NCBI GenBank assembly: GCA_963836185.1
Contig: CAWIIQ010000001.1
Span: forward strand, 320,001-384,000
Reading direction: 5' to 3'
From: Candidatus Krumholzibacteriia bacterium
GTDB lineage: Bacteria; Krumholzibacteriota; Krumholzibacteriia; Krumholzibacteriales; Krumholzibacteriaceae
Length of the DNA: 64,000 nt
Shown here: in pieces, positions 62,701 to 64,000 of the stretch
Position numbering within the stretch: position 1 is the first letter of the stretch
Layout of the letters: each line of letters starts with the position of its first letter
Position numbers and translations under genes: made by a program
Notes under the pieces: generated by a model
Database searches by the model: none
What the model saw: the letters and a program-made list of their open reading frames with translations, nothing else
What the model was told of the DNA's origin: nothing

Positions 62701-63374
62701 GGGAGACGGGAGAGACACCGGTCCGGGTGTTTTTCTACAATGTTACCGCTACGGGCAACACGGTGCTGGAGATCAGCGATACAGGGCCCGCTGTTCCGGG
62801 CACTTTCCAGGTGGGCGATCCGCCGACGTATTACAACCTGACCACGGATGCCACGTACGCTGATTCGATCATGATCTGCATCACATATGACGAAGACGCT
62901 GTTCCGGATGACGAGGAGAATCTGCAGATCCTGCACTGGGATACTACCCTTACGACCCCGGACTGGGTGGATGTCACACGGTTTGGGAATCCTGAGGCCA
63001 ACCAGATCTGTGGAGTAACTACTCACCTTTCGCCGTTTATACTTGCCGTACCAGATACGGAGACGGGAGTAGGGGATCTGCCGGCTGTGCCGGATGTGTT
63101 AGCCCTGCACCAGAACGTTCCGAACCCGTTCAACCCGTACACGGTGATCCGGTACGACGTGCCGGCAGGTGGTGCGAGCGTGCGTATCGCCGTCTACGAT
63201 GTCGGCGGACGGCTTGTGGCCATGCTTGTCGATGGGTATGAGCCTGAGGGAAGCAGGGAAGTCGCCTGGGATGGCAGGGGGATATCGGGCGCGCAGGTCG
63301 CGACGGGCGTCTACTTCTGCCGGATGAGCGCGGGCGAGTTCACCTCGTCGATGAAGATGGTGCTGCTGCGCTGA
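59703..63374 (+). CDS. Large secreted protein: jelly-roll/MAM-like N-terminus, right-handed beta-helix repeats, C-terminal sorting domain
   Basis: VTNTDDSGAGSLRQAI.DAN, repeated 'N.ISGN...QGN.IGTD.TG', D.D.G.NGLQNYP, terminal QNVPNPFNP...KMVLLR. Confidence 0.85.
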   Translation: MKRVFRSVIIAILMVTGIVLAVHSLEKDRITQREPVISTGGVRPAAKLVPAAPSAIDTFVHAFYDFEDGIGGPDPQGWTTEDISNDPQDGTFFHIDDFVGLAGYAPLVGAQSLWCGARPDSEALCLYETLPGYGLYWKQAFESRTFSVSGEINVSFQIRYDLEQAYDYAWFQYESITGGWRNLAEFTHVGLETIHVTIPDDSVGSYTRFRFYVESDSYGSDEDGHYDSDGAIVVDDLLITDIGGTVDSQDFEGGAPGDLTTADGDWTAVVFELRFFGDYGALLDGTTVLQEDPLIYNDTHLWGFFNGSTDEYGCGSHPEQMAVPFGKAPYHIEDYLHNSTRSPMIDLSRTVTGGYAPPDTGMLILEFDVYRDLPIDNLVLFDYNYRFMVDGCSTIWRSDIYIYSGLEPYGWETVSFEIPMEPGATHVQIELVARDMYPFWYPSIGSGACHNHAPLFDNVKLSRILNLFLVTNTDDSGAGSLRQAILDANAEPDLSCIAFNIPGGAENIITPLTLLPTITAPVVIDGYTQPGTAVNTNPPDMEVNSLIKITIDGSSIGSGVGNNGLNILADSCVIRGLAIHGFGDHGINIDFAMGNIVAGCYIGTDWTGMVDLGNESHGIYIIHSPETAVGGTDPEDRNVISGNGGTGIQVHTQESPNNVIQGNFVGVDVTGAVAMGNDGGGIFIGHSPDALIGGTEPGARNLISGNAVAGMYVTGAWSHGALIQGNYIGTDLTGTLPLGNVNGLGVYNTYNVTVGGSASGAGNVISGNSAAGLDLQGGDTYGAVVQGNLIGTDVTGTIAMGNRHGVVLHTAHDNTIGGTGSGEGNVIAHSTLRGVAVAVGTGNVISGNSIHSNAQLGIDLEFDGVTPNDTDDLDTGGNGLQNYPVMTSAVNAGDAIWVEGSLWSKPSTHYEVEFFASPACDGTGYGEGEIYLDSVTFITGATGEVVFSTWILPPDPVPGGYVITATAREVSGEGTSEFSNCVAYQNTPAGTNILVVPIDGETGETPVRVFFYNVTATGNTVLEISDTGPAVPGTFQVGDPPTYYNLTTDATYADSIMICITYDEDAVPDDEENLQILHWDTTLTTPDWVDVTRFGNPEANQICGVTTHLSPFILAVPDTETGVGDLPAVPDVLALHQNVPNPFNPYTVIRYDVPAGGASVRIAVYDVGGRLVAMLVDGYEPEGSREVAWDGRGISGAQVATGVYFCRMSAGEFTSSMKMVLLR

Positions 63375-63375
63375 C

Positions 63376-63585
63376 ATGAAAATCAGGAGGAGGTAAGAGA
63401 CGATCTACGTGTGCTTCGTGCTGTTCGGTCTGGGGGCGTTGTCGTACATCATGGCGGCGTTCAACATCAGCAGCAATATGGGTGAGACATGCTCCGATAT
63501 CGCTAACGGGCTGATGCTGTTGACGGCGGTCCTTCTCCTGTTCCATGCCGCGAACTGGTGGCGGAAGCCGAAGTCGGGCGACTGA
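63376..63585 (+). pseudogene. Small two-TM membrane protein with in-frame TAA at codon 7
   Basis: ATG AAA ATC AGG AGG AGG TAA, then in frame ETIYVCFVLFGLGALSYIMAAF...GLMLLTAVLLLFHAANWWRKPKSGD*. Confidence 0.4.
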
Positions 63586-63704
63586 GACCGGCTTTCTGAC
63601 TGCCAGCCCCCGTTCCATTACCTCGATTCCATAACGATCAACACCCGCCAGGGTGCGCCAAGCATGTCGATATCTGCCGCATTTCCGATATGCCCCAACT
63701 CTCA

Positions 63705-63733
63705 TTGAATCCCGGGTCTAAGTATGATACAAT
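63705..63733 (+). promoter_or_regulatory. Sigma70-type promoter
   Basis: TTGAAT-N17-TACAAT with TG extension. Confidence 0.6.
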
Positions 63734-63799
63734 CCTAACCAGTTCAAGCGGTTTCATTTCAAAACAAGAACCATATCGATTCCGGAGGGGGGTCGCACG

Positions 63800-64000
63800 A
63801 TGCGTTCATCTGCATTAACCATCTGTGCACATTTATGCCTTGTCATACTTGCATTTCTGACCGTTCAGCCAGCTCTTGCCGACTGGGAGGAACGCGGCAT
63901 ATCTGTAGCGCCTTATCCGACTCCATCGCCCGGGATCAATATACAGGTCGTAGCCGACGATTCCGGGGGCGCAATTACTATTTGGGAAGATCAGCGTGAC
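63800..64000 (+). CDS. 5' part of a third SDGxGG-repeat secreted protein (truncated by the window end)
   Basis: RBS GGAGG. MRSSALTICAHLCLVILAFLTVQPALA|DWEERG...ADDSGGAITIWEDQR. Confidence 0.75.
   Translation, partial: MRSSALTICAHLCLVILAFLTVQPALADWEERGISVAPYPTPSPGINIQVVADDSGGAITIWEDQRD

Noticed and set aside
1-64000. tRNA, rRNA, transposase or integrase genes
   Set aside because: No cloverleaf/T-loop patterns, rRNA signatures or DDE/tyrosine/serine recombinase motifs seen by eye.

Overview
64 kb of a GC-rich bacterial genome. The many C-terminal 'QNxPNPFNPxTxI...SGVYFYRL...KKMxLLR' (FlgD-Ig/T9SS-type) domains suggest an FCB-group lineage such as Krumholzibacteriota/Latescibacterota (inference). 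Contents in order: (1) the Na+-translocating decarboxylase operon oadGAB. (2) A divergent zf-UBP, mobA, egtD and [molybdopterin oxidoreductase + cysteine desulfurase fusion] cluster that matches the oxygen-independent metallopterin-dependent ergothioneine synthase (MES) pathway. (3) An ABC exporter with an ECF-type promoter. (4) A run of large secreted modular proteins (Ig-like, beta-helix, PKD, cohesin/dockerin, LVIVD, SDGxGG repeats), most with the same C-terminal sorting domain, plus two orphan fragments of that domain. (5) TonB-C x2 plus a vWA/YfbK gene. (6) A compositionally patchy accessory/defence region (about 41.5-59.5 kb) with a DUF2075 nuclease-helicase, Mrr, RelE/Phd and HipBA toxin-antitoxin pairs, gene remnants (GH47, DEDDh exonuclease) and a recurring ATATC-N12-GATAT motif. 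About 15-20 small indels break otherwise intact genes and are most likely long-read errors. No rRNA, tRNA, CRISPR array, transposase or integrase was seen.
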